In this document: piece by piece, positions 22,514-31,998 of the stretch
Layout of the letters: each line of letters begins with the position of its first letter
How positions within the stretch are numbered: position 1 is the stretch's first letter
DNA from: Candidatus Latescibacterota bacterium
GTDB lineage: Bacteria > Latescibacterota > UBA2968 > UBA8231
Length of the DNA stretch: 64,000 bases
Assembly: GCA_965205655.1 (NCBI GenBank)
Contig: CBDBIJ010000015.1
Span: 101,602 to 165,601, forward strand
Direction: 5' to 3'
The notes under the pieces: model-generated
Seen by the model: the letters and a program-made list of their open reading frames with translations, nothing else
What the model was told of the DNA's origin: nothing
Databases searched by the model: none
Position numbers and translations under genes: made by a program

Positions 22514-23101
22514 ATGATCGAGATGGAAGTACATAGGGTGCAGCTGAGTGCCAAGGCCTACCACCGGGTCGTGCTCAAGGAAAAGGAGGGTGGCTCCGTC
22601 CTGCACATCGTCATCGGGCCCTCCGAGGCTCGCGCTATTTCCTTGGCACACAACGGACAGAGGCCGAAGCGACCGCTCAGCTATGATTTGGCTTGCGCCC
22701 TCCTCGACGAAGTCGACGCGAGGCTTCAGCGGGTCGAGATCACCGATTTGCAGGAAGGCATTTACTACGCGCAGGTCCTGCTCGAGAACGCAGAGGGCTC
22801 CACCTGGACCATCGATTCCCGTCCCAGCGATGCCATCGCCTTGGCTCTGCGCGCCAAAGTGCCGATTTTCGCCGCCGAGACAATTCTTGAGGACGAGGAA
22901 CAGGCCGAAGACCTGGCCCCCGCCAGCGATGAGGCTATCCCCTCGCCGAGCGAGTTGCTCGGACCTGCCGCGGATGGTGAGCCGCCGGCCGAGCTCGATT
23001 TGCTGAGGCGCCGCCTCGGGCAAGCCGTGTCCGAGGAGGCCTACGAGGAGGCGGCGCGGCTTCGCGACCGCATCGCCGAACTTGAACAGAGAACGGGGTA
23101 A
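22514..23101 (+). CDS. Bifunctional nuclease family (DUF151) protein with C-terminal UvrB/UvrC coiled-coil
   Basis: IVIGPSEA..I, RPLSYDL, DSRPSDAIALA, AVSEEAYEEAARLRD. Confidence 0.9.
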   Translation: MIEMEVHRVQLSAKAYHRVVLKEKEGGSVLHIVIGPSEARAISLAHNGQRPKRPLSYDLACALLDEVDARLQRVEITDLQEGIYYAQVLLENAEGSTWTIDSRPSDAIALALRAKVPIFAAETILEDEEQAEDLAPASDEAIPSPSELLGPAADGEPPAELDLLRRRLGQAVSEEAYEEAARLRDRIAELEQRTG

Positions 23102-23110
23102 CCGAGTGTC

Positions 23111-23902
23111 ATGAGCCGCAAGCACCGCCGGCGACTAGTCGAAACGACCGTCGTGCAGGTGAGTCCGTATTTGCGAGCCGAAAAGCCGCTCCTTTGGCTC
23201 TGCGAAAAGGACGCTCCGTCGCCCAGATTGCTGCCCATTGCCGTCGGTGAGTTCGAGGCGGCGGCGCTCCAGATGGGCCTGGGATGCGAAGAGCCGCTCA
23301 GGCCCATTTCATATGATCTGCTCACTACCATGCTGGAGCGACTCGACGTTCGTCTGCGACGAGTCGTCATCCACTCCGTGAAGGATCTCGTGTTCCTCGC
23401 CACCGTCGTCATCGAAGATGCCAGTCGCTTGCGGGAAGTGGACGCCAGACCGAGCGACGCCGTCGCCTTGGCGCTGCGCTCGGAGGCGCCGGTTTTCGTC
23501 TCCGACGAGTTGCTCGAACTGGCCGGACTATCGACCACCGGTGGGCGCAGTTCGGTCGAGGAGGCGGTGAGCAAATTCTACGATTTGGAGCCCCAGATCG
23601 TAGACGAGTCTGTCGCGGACGACCCTACAGCATCACCGGCCGTTGGCGAGTTGGCGCCGCTGCTGGGCGACCCGGCACTTCTCGAACACACTCCTCTTGC
23701 TGAGGAGGTCCAAGATGTCGGCGAGATACCCCATCCGTCGGCGGCTGCGCATCGCGTCCCGCCGCTTGCCAAAGGCTCTGACAGCGATACGCTCGTGCAG
23801 TTGCGCAGCCGGCTTCAGCAGGCGGTACTGTGCGAAGAGTACGAGGAAGCTGCCGCCCTGCGTGACCGGATTCGGCGTCTCGTCGATGAGTCGAAGCCGT
23901 AG
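23111..23902 (+). CDS. Second DUF151 plus UvrB/UvrC protein
   Basis: LPIAVGEFEA, RPISYDL, DARPSDAVALA, EEYEEAAALRD. Confidence 0.9.
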   Translation: MSRKHRRRLVETTVVQVSPYLRAEKPLLWLCEKDAPSPRLLPIAVGEFEAAALQMGLGCEEPLRPISYDLLTTMLERLDVRLRRVVIHSVKDLVFLATVVIEDASRLREVDARPSDAVALALRSEAPVFVSDELLELAGLSTTGGRSSVEEAVSKFYDLEPQIVDESVADDPTASPAVGELAPLLGDPALLEHTPLAEEVQDVGEIPHPSAAAHRVPPLAKGSDSDTLVQLRSRLQQAVLCEEYEEAAALRDRIRRLVDESKP

Positions 23903-24377
23903 GTGCCCCGTCATCGCCAGAAAAGTCCTGGCTGTCGCCTGTGCCGCCGCTGCGTTGAATGCGGGCTGCGACGAGGTTGACCTCGAGTTCGGCACGCCCG
24001 CGTCCACCTACAAAACCTACGTGAAGAGGGTCCTCGCAGATGACCCCCACGGCGTGTGGGAGTGTTTCGCCGGGAGCTATCGAGCCAGCCAGTACGGTGG
24101 GAACTACGAGACCTGGAAGTCGGAGTGGCGCCGGACGGAAAGCGACCTCAAGCGAGCTGCCCGACGTCGAGAGATCGTCGAGGAACGCCCGATCGGGGAT
24201 CGCATCGGATTTCTGCGCTTCGACGCATCGACTTTGCCGAGCGAGGTGAGCCCTCACTTCTTCTATTTTATCCGTGACCCGGACGGCTGGAAGGTCACAA
24301 CCTACCTGGACAGCACCTTCCACGGCGAGCTCGAAGCCGCCATCGAGAGGGGAGAATTCGAGCTACTGCAGCTGTGA
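23886..24377 (+). CDS. Putative lipoprotein of unknown function
   Basis: ATG 23886; basic n-region, hydrophobic stretch, lipobox-like LNAGC. Confidence 0.6.
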   Translation: MSRSRRCPVIARKVLAVACAAAALNAGCDEVDLEFGTPASTYKTYVKRVLADDPHGVWECFAGSYRASQYGGNYETWKSEWRRTESDLKRAARRREIVEERPIGDRIGFLRFDASTLPSEVSPHFFYFIRDPDGWKVTTYLDSTFHGELEAAIERGEFELLQL

Positions 24378-24439
24378 GTTGTCGGAATCGGGTACCCTGA
24401 CAAGTAAAGGGATTGGCAAACCATCCGATCTAGACAGAC

Positions 24440-24965
24440 GTGAACGCTTTCCACAAACAACGGATCCGGGTCCTCTGGAGCGGCCGCCTGCCGAGGGCCT
24501 GGCGCCGGGGGGTCTCTCTGGCAGTAATCGCCCTGTGCCTGTCTGTCGATATCGGCTGCGGTCTGCGCACTGTGCCGCCTATCCGGTATCTGCCCCTGCT
24601 CGGCAAGGAAAAGGAAATCACCACGACAGCGCTCCTGATTGCGCGCCCTCAGGGATCGAGATGTGGCGGTGCGAGCCGAAGCCGTGGATCTTCTGGGCGT
24701 CCTGTCGCAGAGCGGAGACAAGGGGACGAAGAAGGAGGTCGCCAGGGTCTTGGGATTAGCGCTCAAGGACCGCGATCCCGGCCTCAGACTACAAGCGGTC
24801 GAGAGGCTCGGAGCTATGGAATCCAAGTACGCCAACAAGTACCTCCACGGAGCCCTGAGAGACCAGAATCCCTTCGTGCGAGAGAAGGTGATAGCCGTGC
24901 TCGGCAGGCGCGAGCGCGAGTCCGCTACAGCAGCTGAGGACGAACTGTCCCAGGCTACCCCCTAA
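24440..24965 (+). CDS. HEAT-repeat putative lipoprotein, split by a 1-nt frameshift near 24645
   Basis: Frame 1 gives signal and lipobox-like DIGC; frame 2 gives three HEAT repeats (ALRDRDVAVRAEAV, ALKDRDPGLRLQAV, ALRDQNPFVREKV). Confidence 0.65.
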
Positions 24966-25014
24966 ACTCTTCTTTTTTTGATCGTCCCATGCGCTGTCCA
25001 TTCAACGGGGAATC

Positions 25015-25043
25015 TTGACAACCCCTGTGAGGCTCAGTACATT
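25015..25043 (+). promoter_or_regulatory. sigma70-like promoter
   Basis: TTGACA-17 nt-TACATT. Confidence 0.7.
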
Positions 25044-25049
25044 CACCCC

Positions 25050-25335
25050 GTTAGAATCGAGTTGTCGGCCGCATCGAGAGCGATCACGGAAAGCGCGTAT
25101 AAGTATATGGTTTTCAATCATTTATAGAGTTTGAGTGTGGCGGTCTGCTGAGCGTGACGTACGAGCGCCATCCCGAAATGTTCGAACGCCTCTTTTCGGG
25201 CTGCTGAGATCTTCACAATTACCTCCTCACACCGCCTCGTTCGAAGGTCTCGGTTCTGGACGGCGATCGCACCCCAGGATCGCCACACTCATCTGTTGTT
25301 TCAGGAGCAGCCATTCACATGGCTGCTCCTTTTTC
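25050..25335 (+). ncRNA. Candidate structured ncRNA or leader (rod-like fold)
   Basis: Lies between a promoter and an intrinsic terminator; nested pairings 25133-25145/25278-25290, TTCGAACG/CGTTCGAA and others. Confidence 0.55.
25303..25334 (+). terminator. Rho-independent terminator
   Basis: AGGAGCAGCCAT-TCAC-ATGGCTGCTCCT (12 bp perfect stem) followed by TTTT. Confidence 0.85.
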
Positions 25336-25390
25336 GTTCGTGCCGGTTTCCGAACAAGTGCTGCCGAGGAGGCGTAAACGACGACGACCA

Positions 25391-26509
25391 ATGCATATCT
25401 GCATGGCCGTATTCACCGAGCTGAGCTCCGACTATCGCGTCTTCCGGGCGGTCACCGCTTTGAGAAAGGCCGGTCACGAGGTCTCGATCGTCGCCGGCGC
25501 CGGCGACACAAAGATGGCCGAAGTCTGGGACCCGTTCGACATCCTTCCGATCGAAGTGGATCGGCGGGCGAGCTTGCGCGTGGCCTACCCACGCTTCTGG
25601 CGGCGGGCCCGGCAGGCGATGACGTCTGTGCGAGCGGATGCATATCACGCCCACGATCTGGATACTCTGTGGCCCGCTGCCAGGGCCGCCGCCAGCCGCA
25701 GCGCCGCGCTCGTGTACGATTCGCACGAACTCTGGACTGAGCAAGCGTCGCTCGCCTTGCGGCCGCTGATGCGGGGTTTCTGGCGCCTGTTCGAGGGCCG
25801 TCTCGTGCGGCGGGCTAACCGCATCATTGCAGTGAGTCCGGCAATCGCCCAGATCCTGGAGCGCCGCCACCAGCCCGCAGTACCCGTTGTCGTCATCCGC
25901 AATCTTCCCCCGTTCAAACAGGCCATCAGGAGCGATCGCATTCGCGCTGAGTTGGGAATCGACCGCAGCCGCCTCGTCATCCTGTACCAGGGAGGCTTCC
26001 TCACCGACAACGGACTGTCAGAGCAGATCGAGTCCATGGCGGCAGTGGAGGGGGCCGCTCTTGTGCTACTGGGAGACGGGCCGATGGAACCGGCCCTCAG
26101 GCGGCGTGTCGCCGCAGCCGGCCTCGAGGACCGCGTCCACTTTTTGCCCCGGGTCCCCTTTCATGCTCTCCACGAGTTCACCTGTTCGGCCGATCTGGGG
26201 TTGTGTCTCATAAAGCCCAGCGGCCGCAGTTTCGAGTTGTCGCTACCGAACAAGCTGTTCGAGTACTTCATGGCCGGCATACCTGTGCTGGCCGGCGACA
26301 CGCCCGAGATCCGCCGCGTCATCGAGGCGACAGGCGCCGGCGAGGTGACGGCACCCGCCGACGTCGGAGCGATCAGCGCCTCTCTTCGCAAGCTGATCGA
26401 CGACGAGCCTCGGCGTCTTGCTTACCGCGAAGCGGCACTGCGGGCCGCGGCGGAGTACAACTGGGAGCTGGAAGCACCGAAGCTGGTGGAGCTGTACAAC
26501 GCCCTGTGA
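25391..26509 (+). CDS. Glycosyltransferase family 4
   Basis: DYRV, HAHDLDTL, VYDSHEL, LPNKLFEYFMAGIPV. Confidence 0.9.
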   Translation: MHICMAVFTELSSDYRVFRAVTALRKAGHEVSIVAGAGDTKMAEVWDPFDILPIEVDRRASLRVAYPRFWRRARQAMTSVRADAYHAHDLDTLWPAARAAASRSAALVYDSHELWTEQASLALRPLMRGFWRLFEGRLVRRANRIIAVSPAIAQILERRHQPAVPVVVIRNLPPFKQAIRSDRIRAELGIDRSRLVILYQGGFLTDNGLSEQIESMAAVEGAALVLLGDGPMEPALRRRVAAAGLEDRVHFLPRVPFHALHEFTCSADLGLCLIKPSGRSFELSLPNKLFEYFMAGIPVLAGDTPEIRRVIEATGAGEVTAPADVGAISASLRKLIDDEPRRLAYREAALRAAAEYNWELEAPKLVELYNAL

Positions 26510-27498
26510 AAAAGGGCGAGCAGACAGGGGGAGGCGAGTCCGTAGTGACACCCCTAACGCTGAGCGTCATCGTTCCGACGTACAAAGGCGGCGAATTGCT
26601 GCGGGCAAGTCTCGAGAGCTTGTCGCGACAGACATACCCCCGCGAGGCCGTGGAGATCATCGTCGTCGATGACGGCTCACCGGAATTCGATGCTACGGAC
26701 CTGCCCGGTTACGCGGAGCCCTTTACGGTTCAGATCCTACGGCTGCCAGACAACCAGGGCAGAGCCCGGGCACGCAATGCGGGGACAAGGGCCGCCACCG
26801 GCAGGATCGTCATCTTCCTCGACGACGATATGACGGTCGAGCCTGACTTTCTCTCCGCTCACTGCCGCTTTCACCTCCAGTATGGCGGCGAAGTCGGCGT
26901 CGGCAACATTCGTTTCGGTGCCGGTGTCGCCGTCGATTCGCTGACCCGCTACACCGAGAGCCGCGGCGTGCATCGATACGCGCCTGGTCAGGCGATTCCG
27001 TTCAAGTGCTTCGTCACCGGAAACTCCTCTGTGGAACGGGACCGGGTCTTGCGCGTCGGGCTATTCGACGAGGCGTTTTCCGCCTACGGAGGCGAGGACC
27101 TGGAGCTGGGTTATCGACTGTTTCTCGATGGTGCCACCTTCCGCTTCGCCGCCGATGCCCACTCGCTACACCACCGGGCCCGCTCTTTCGACGAAATGTG
27201 CGGCCTGATGTACACCTACGGGCTTCAGTCGCTGCCTCTGGTGTTGGACAAACACCCGGAGCTCTCCGATTTGCTACGCCTCGACTTCGTCTGGCGCCGG
27301 AAGCTGGCCCCCAAGCGGCTGCTCGCTCGACTGGCGCTGGCGCAGACGCTCTACGACCCGGTGCGGGCCCTCGTGCGCAGACGCCTTCAAGGTCGGGTGC
27401 CGTCCGTTCTCTTCGATTACCTGTGGTGGTGCAACCGAACGCGGGGATTTCTGGCCGCCGTGGACGAAGACTTTGTTTGCGAGCACAGTGATAGTTGA
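26506..27498 (+). CDS. Glycosyltransferase family 2
   Basis: SVIVPTY, IIVVDDGS, ARNAG, FLDDD, GGEDLELGYRL. Confidence 0.92.
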   Translation: MKKGEQTGGGESVVTPLTLSVIVPTYKGGELLRASLESLSRQTYPREAVEIIVVDDGSPEFDATDLPGYAEPFTVQILRLPDNQGRARARNAGTRAATGRIVIFLDDDMTVEPDFLSAHCRFHLQYGGEVGVGNIRFGAGVAVDSLTRYTESRGVHRYAPGQAIPFKCFVTGNSSVERDRVLRVGLFDEAFSAYGGEDLELGYRLFLDGATFRFAADAHSLHHRARSFDEMCGLMYTYGLQSLPLVLDKHPELSDLLRLDFVWRRKLAPKRLLARLALAQTLYDPVRALVRRRLQGRVPSVLFDYLWWCNRTRGFLAAVDEDFVCEHSDS

Positions 27499-27599
27499 CC
27501 TATGTTTGCGCACTCGCGGGCGGCGGCGGATTCGACGAAACGACGGAGAACGGCGGAGCTCAGCGAGGAAAGGAGAAGGGTGTGCTCGAAGGTAGACCA

Positions 27600-28139
27600 G
27601 TGACATCGCGCTTGTTCAGGAGCGCGCTCTTTTTGGCGTGGACGGCGACATGCCCGGCCGGACCCGTGTGGGCCCAGGAAGGCAAGACCATCTTTGGCGA
27701 CACCAAGATCGAGACGCTCAAAGCGATGAGGGGTATCGTCAAGTCGCTGGGAGTCAAAAAGATGGGGGGGTGTCTCTATTGTCATGTGAAGGAAAAGGGA
27801 AAGATGGATTTCACCATCGACACTCCCAACAAGAATATCGTTCGCATGATGAAGCACGGATTTGTCGACAGTCTGGCAGCCAAGGGCAAGATCGAATTGT
27901 CCCTACCTCATGAGGGCAAACACCCGACGCAGATCGTAGCCGAGTCCCTCGCCAGTGCCGATTCGCCTCGCATCCATCTGACCGCCGTCGTCACGTCGTC
28001 CAGCTTAGACGCTGAAAAGGAGACCTCGGAAACGTTCTCCTCCGACGTCTCTCTGCCGGAAAAAGGAGCCAGCATCAGCTGTATGACCTGCCACAACGGC
28101 TTCGTTCATTTCCTGACCGAACCGCCCGAGAAGAAGTAA
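27600..28139 (+). CDS. Exported di-heme c-type cytochrome, PufC/CytoC_RC-like
   Basis: Signal peptide; M...SLGV...CLYCH and ISCMTCHNG. Confidence 0.75.
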   Translation: MTSRLFRSALFLAWTATCPAGPVWAQEGKTIFGDTKIETLKAMRGIVKSLGVKKMGGCLYCHVKEKGKMDFTIDTPNKNIVRMMKHGFVDSLAAKGKIELSLPHEGKHPTQIVAESLASADSPRIHLTAVVTSSSLDAEKETSETFSSDVSLPEKGASISCMTCHNGFVHFLTEPPEKK

Positions 28140-28180
28140 GCAACCGACCGCCTGTCCGGGCGGGCCAGACTCGACGAGGC

Positions 28181-29014
28181 GTGCTCGCCTACCCCACCCT
28201 TCGGGAAGTCCTTCTCTTCAGCCTGCTCGCCTGGCCGGTGGCGCAGTTCGCCCTCGCGCCGGTGGCCGGCCTCATGTCGCCGCGGCTCGGAATTGTCGTT
28301 GCCGAGGTGAGCCTTGTGGCCATGCTCGCCATCTTCATCAAGCGCCGGCGCTACCGGATTGAGGATCTGTTTCTGCTCAACGCCACTCGACCGATCGTTC
28401 TCGCCGCCACCGTTCCCACCGCCATCGGCGCCGCCCTGATCGTGGCCGAGTGTGACTTGACGATCGCCCGGTTTTTCGCGGAAATGGACCTTGTCCTGCC
28501 GCTCTTCTTGCAGCGAGACCTCCTCGAGATCCAGTTGATCACGAGCCTCGGCGACGGACTTGCCACCGGGATCGCCGTCGTCCTGGCACCCGGCGTGTGC
28601 GAGGAGCTCTTCTTTCGCGGTTTTGTGCTTACCGCCCTGCTCGCCCGCGGCGGTTCACGGAAGGCCCTGCTCGGCTCCGCGCTCGTTTTTGCCCTCCTAC
28701 ACTTCAGCCCAACCCAGTTGCCGGCTCATTTCCTCATCGGGCTGTTTCTCGGGCTGCTCGTCTACTGGACCCACAGCATTTATCCGGCCATTCTCGCCCA
28801 TATGACGAACAACCTGCTCTCGGTCATAGGGGTAAACGCGCGGACCTACACCGGCAGCGACGCCCTCGGGGTGGCCGAATCTCTACCGCCGGAGGTGTTG
28901 CTCATCGCCTTGGTGATGCTGTGGTCTGGGATTCGGGTGATCAACCGCTGCCAGCCGATCATGCCACTGATCGCGTCAGAGACGCCGGGCGAGCGCTCGT
29001 TCCCCGGGATGTGA
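28181..29014 (+). CDS. CPBP (Abi/CAAX) intramembrane metalloprotease
   Basis: EELFFRG, FALLH, HMTNN. Confidence 0.9.
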   Translation: MLAYPTLREVLLFSLLAWPVAQFALAPVAGLMSPRLGIVVAEVSLVAMLAIFIKRRRYRIEDLFLLNATRPIVLAATVPTAIGAALIVAECDLTIARFFAEMDLVLPLFLQRDLLEIQLITSLGDGLATGIAVVLAPGVCEELFFRGFVLTALLARGGSRKALLGSALVFALLHFSPTQLPAHFLIGLFLGLLVYWTHSIYPAILAHMTNNLLSVIGVNARTYTGSDALGVAESLPPEVLLIALVMLWSGIRVINRCQPIMPLIASETPGERSFPGM

Positions 29015-29029
29015 GAGGCCAGTTTAGAC

Positions 29030-29905
29030 TCAGGAGCGACCCAGCGCCTTTTCGATTGTTGCGCCGATGTCGGCCGGCGACTCGCACACGTGAATTCCGG
29101 CGCTATCCATCGCCTTCATCTTTTCCTCCGCCGTTCCTTTGCCCCCCGCAACGATGGCTCCGGCGTGTCCCATGCGGCGTCCCGGCGGCGCCGTACGGCC
29201 GGCGATAAAGCCTACGACGGGCTTGTCGAGGGCCCGCGCGATGTAGTCTGCGGCCTCTTCTTCGGCCGTGCCGCCGATTTCGCCGATCATGACGACGGCG
29301 TCCGTGTCGGCATCAGCGGCGAACAGCTCGAAGGCGTCGACGAAGCGAGTGCCAATAACGGGGTCGCCGCCGATGCCGATGCAGGTTGACTGACCGAGGC
29401 CGCGCTCGCTCAGCTGTCCCACGGCTTCATAGGTGAGGGTGCCGCTGCGCGAGATGACGCCGATGGAGCCCGGTTGGTGAATGAAACCGGGCATGATGCC
29501 GATCTTGCACTTGCCCGGCGAGATAATGCCGGGGCAGTTGGGCCCGATGAGACGGACACCTCGTTCGTTGACGTAGTGAAACGCCACGGTCATGTCGGTC
29601 ACCGGGATTCCCTCGGTGATGCAGACGACGAGCTCGACGCCGGCGTCGGCCGCCTCCATGATGGCGTCACCAGCGAAAGGCGGCGGCACGAAAATGACAG
29701 ACGCCGCTGCACCAGTCGCCTCCACCGCCTCGGAGACTGTATTGAACACTGGCACGGATTCGAATTCCTGACCGCCCTTTCCCGGCGTCACACCGGCTAC
29801 GACCTGGGTGCCGTACTCGACCATCTGTTTCGTGTGAAAAGAGCCCTCGCCGCCGGTGATTCCCTGCACGAGGACCTTCGTGCTCCCGTCGACGAGGATG
29901 CTCAT
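29030..29905 (-). CDS. sucD: Succinyl-CoA synthetase alpha subunit
   Basis: [27 protein letters not shown]. Confidence 0.98.
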   Translation of the reverse strand: MSILVDGSTKVLVQGITGGEGSFHTKQMVEYGTQVVAGVTPGKGGQEFESVPVFNTVSEAVEATGAAASVIFVPPPFAGDAIMEAADAGVELVVCITEGIPVTDMTVAFHYVNERGVRLIGPNCPGIISPGKCKIGIMPGFIHQPGSIGVISRSGTLTYEAVGQLSERGLGQSTCIGIGGDPVIGTRFVDAFELFAADADTDAVVMIGEIGGTAEEEAADYIARALDKPVVGFIAGRTAPPGRRMGHAGAIVAGGKGTAEEKMKAMDSAGIHVCESPADIGATIEKALGRS

Positions 29906-31074
29906 CGTCCACCTCCGTCCCGCAGCGCGGCAACGACCTTCTCCGCTGCGTCCTGCAGGCCCACGCCGACTGCGAAGTTGAGGTCTGACTGCTCTAGCAT
30001 CGTGGCTGCCTCCTCCGCGTTTGTGCCGGCGAGTCGCACGACGATCGGCACGCTCACGTCGATGTTCGTGCGCGCTTGAATGACGCCCTCGGCGACGCGA
30101 TCGCAGCGCACGATACCCCCGAAGATGTTGATGAGGATGGCCTTCACGTTCTCGTCGGACAGCAGAATGCGGAATCCGTTCTCCACCGTCTCCGCACTGG
30201 CGCCGCCTCCCACATCGAGGAAGTTCGCCGGCTCCGACCCAGCCAGCTTGATGATGTCCATGGTCGCCATGGCCAAACCGGCACCGTTGACCATGCAGCC
30301 GATCTCACCGTCGAGCTTGATATAATTGAGATCAAACTTCGAGGCCTCGACTTCCAGCGCCTCCTCCTCGTCCAGATCGCGCAACTCGGCCAGATCGGCG
30401 TGCCTGAAGAGGGCGTTGTCGTCAAAGTTGATCTTCGCGTCCAACGCCAATACTTCGCCGTCGGAAGTCAGCACCAGTGGGTTGATCTCAGCCAGGGAAC
30501 AGTCGGCCCCTTCGTAGGCCTTGTAGAGCGCGGTGATGAAGCTGGAAGCTTGTCGGACTGCCTTTCCCTCAAAGCCGAGCCCGAAGGCGAGCCGCGTGGC
30601 CTGGAAAGGGCGCAACCCGACGGCGGGGTCGACGGTCTCTCTGAGAATCTTCTCGGGTGAACGGGCCGCGACCTCCTCGATCTCCACTCCGCCCTCCCTG
30701 CTGGCCATGACGACGTTCCTGCTCGTGACTCGATCGAGGGTGATCCCCAGGTAGAATTCCCGTTCGATGTCGCTGGCCGCCTCCACCAGAATCTGCTTGA
30801 CCTTCTGACCCCGAGGACCGGTCTGGTGGGTCACCAGTTGCATGCCGAGGATCTGCTCGGCCGCCTGGCGTGCCGCGGCCGCATCCTCGGCGATCTTGAC
30901 GCCCCCGCCCTTGCCGCGTCCGCCGGCGTGAATCTGGGCCTTCACCACCACCCGGCCACCGAGCTGTGCCGCACTCTTCTCGGCCGCAGCCGGCGTAGTC
31001 GCCACCTGCCCCTCGGGAACCGCAACCCCGTAACCGCGCAGCACCTCCTTGGCCTGGAACTCGTGGATCTTCAT
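29902..31074 (-). CDS. sucC: Succinyl-CoA synthetase beta subunit
   Basis: [41 protein letters not shown]. Confidence 0.98.
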   Translation of the reverse strand: MKIHEFQAKEVLRGYGVAVPEGQVATTPAAAEKSAAQLGGRVVVKAQIHAGGRGKGGGVKIAEDAAAARQAAEQILGMQLVTHQTGPRGQKVKQILVEAASDIEREFYLGITLDRVTSRNVVMASREGGVEIEEVAARSPEKILRETVDPAVGLRPFQATRLAFGLGFEGKAVRQASSFITALYKAYEGADCSLAEINPLVLTSDGEVLALDAKINFDDNALFRHADLAELRDLDEEEALEVEASKFDLNYIKLDGEIGCMVNGAGLAMATMDIIKLAGSEPANFLDVGGGASAETVENGFRILLSDENVKAILINIFGGIVRCDRVAEGVIQARTNIDVSVPIVVRLAGTNAEEAATMLEQSDLNFAVGVGLQDAAEKVVAALRDGGGR

Positions 31075-31363
31075 GATTATTCGTTCACCATCCCCTGGCG
31101 GTTTCCTCGCGGCATGAAGCGAAATGTCAAATCTGCTCGCGATCAAACGCCCGCCAACGGTACTCAATGACTGCGGGCCGGGCAAGAATGGCGCCGTCTG
31201 AGGCAACCGCCTCCAACGACCACCGGGTCGCTGGTTTTTAGATTGCGCCTCCCTCGGATTGTCGTGATATTTGGCCCGCCTTTGGTCTCGAGTTCCTTTG
31301 AAGGGGCGAACCGGCGGTCTTGATACCCCTCACGCAGGCCTCCGCGCGAACTGGTCAACCAAA

Positions 31364-31993
31364 ATGCCGACGACACTTCTCACTTCATCGGTGGCTAAAA
31401 AGTGCGGCATGGCTCTCAGCGGGTTCATGCTCTACGGCTTTCTCGTGGGCCATGTGTCGGGGAATTTCCTGCTCTTGAAAGGTGATGGGGGTGAGGCGTT
31501 CAACGCCTACTCGGATTTTCTCATCAACCACCCACTCCTCATCCCCATCGAACTTGGCCTCGTCGCCGTCTTCCTCATCCACGTCTGGCTCGCCGTCGTC
31601 GTATCACGCGAGAATCGCCAGGCTCGGCCTCAGGGTTATGCGAAAACTGAATCTGTGGGCGCTCGTAGCCTTGCATCGCGCACGATGATCTGGACAGGCC
31701 TTCTCATCCTCGTCTTCGTCGTCCTCCATCTCAAGACCTTCAAGTACGGCGATCGCGCAGATGGCACCCTCTTCGACCTCGTCATCGACACCTTTCACCA
31801 GCCTCTGTACGTGGCCTGGTATGTGGTGGCCATGACTGTGTTGGGGTTTCACCTCTGCCACGCGCTGCAAAGCGCCTTCCAGACTCTCGGGCTGTCCGCC
31901 CGCCAGAATCTGAGACGGGCAAGTATCGTGCTGTGCTTCGCGATCGCCAGCGGTTTCGGCGTCATCCCGTTGTTCGTCTTCTTCGACATGTGA
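31364..31993 (+). CDS. sdhC: Succinate dehydrogenase cytochrome b558 subunit (single anchor)
   Basis: KK..MALSG...H, five TM helices, heme-ligand His, SAFQTLG. Confidence 0.9.
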   Translation: MPTTLLTSSVAKKCGMALSGFMLYGFLVGHVSGNFLLLKGDGGEAFNAYSDFLINHPLLIPIELGLVAVFLIHVWLAVVVSRENRQARPQGYAKTESVGARSLASRTMIWTGLLILVFVVLHLKTFKYGDRADGTLFDLVIDTFHQPLYVAWYVVAMTVLGFHLCHALQSAFQTLGLSARQNLRRASIVLCFAIASGFGVIPLFVFFDM

Positions 31994-31998
31994 GAGCG

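Noticed and set aside
25208..25216. recF as target of the candidate sRNA loop (GTGAAGATC matches the recF start at 53300)
   Set aside because: Only 9 nt; the upstream SD region of recF does not match; compatible with chance
27600..28139. Phototrophy inferred from the PufC-like cytochrome
   Set aside because: Only two hemes and no puf/bch genes in the window
31075..31363. sigma54 -24/-12 or CRP/FNR sites in the sucC-sdhC gap
   Set aside because: No GG-N10-GC with proper flanks and no convincing TGTGA-N6-TCACA or TTGAT-N4-ATCAA
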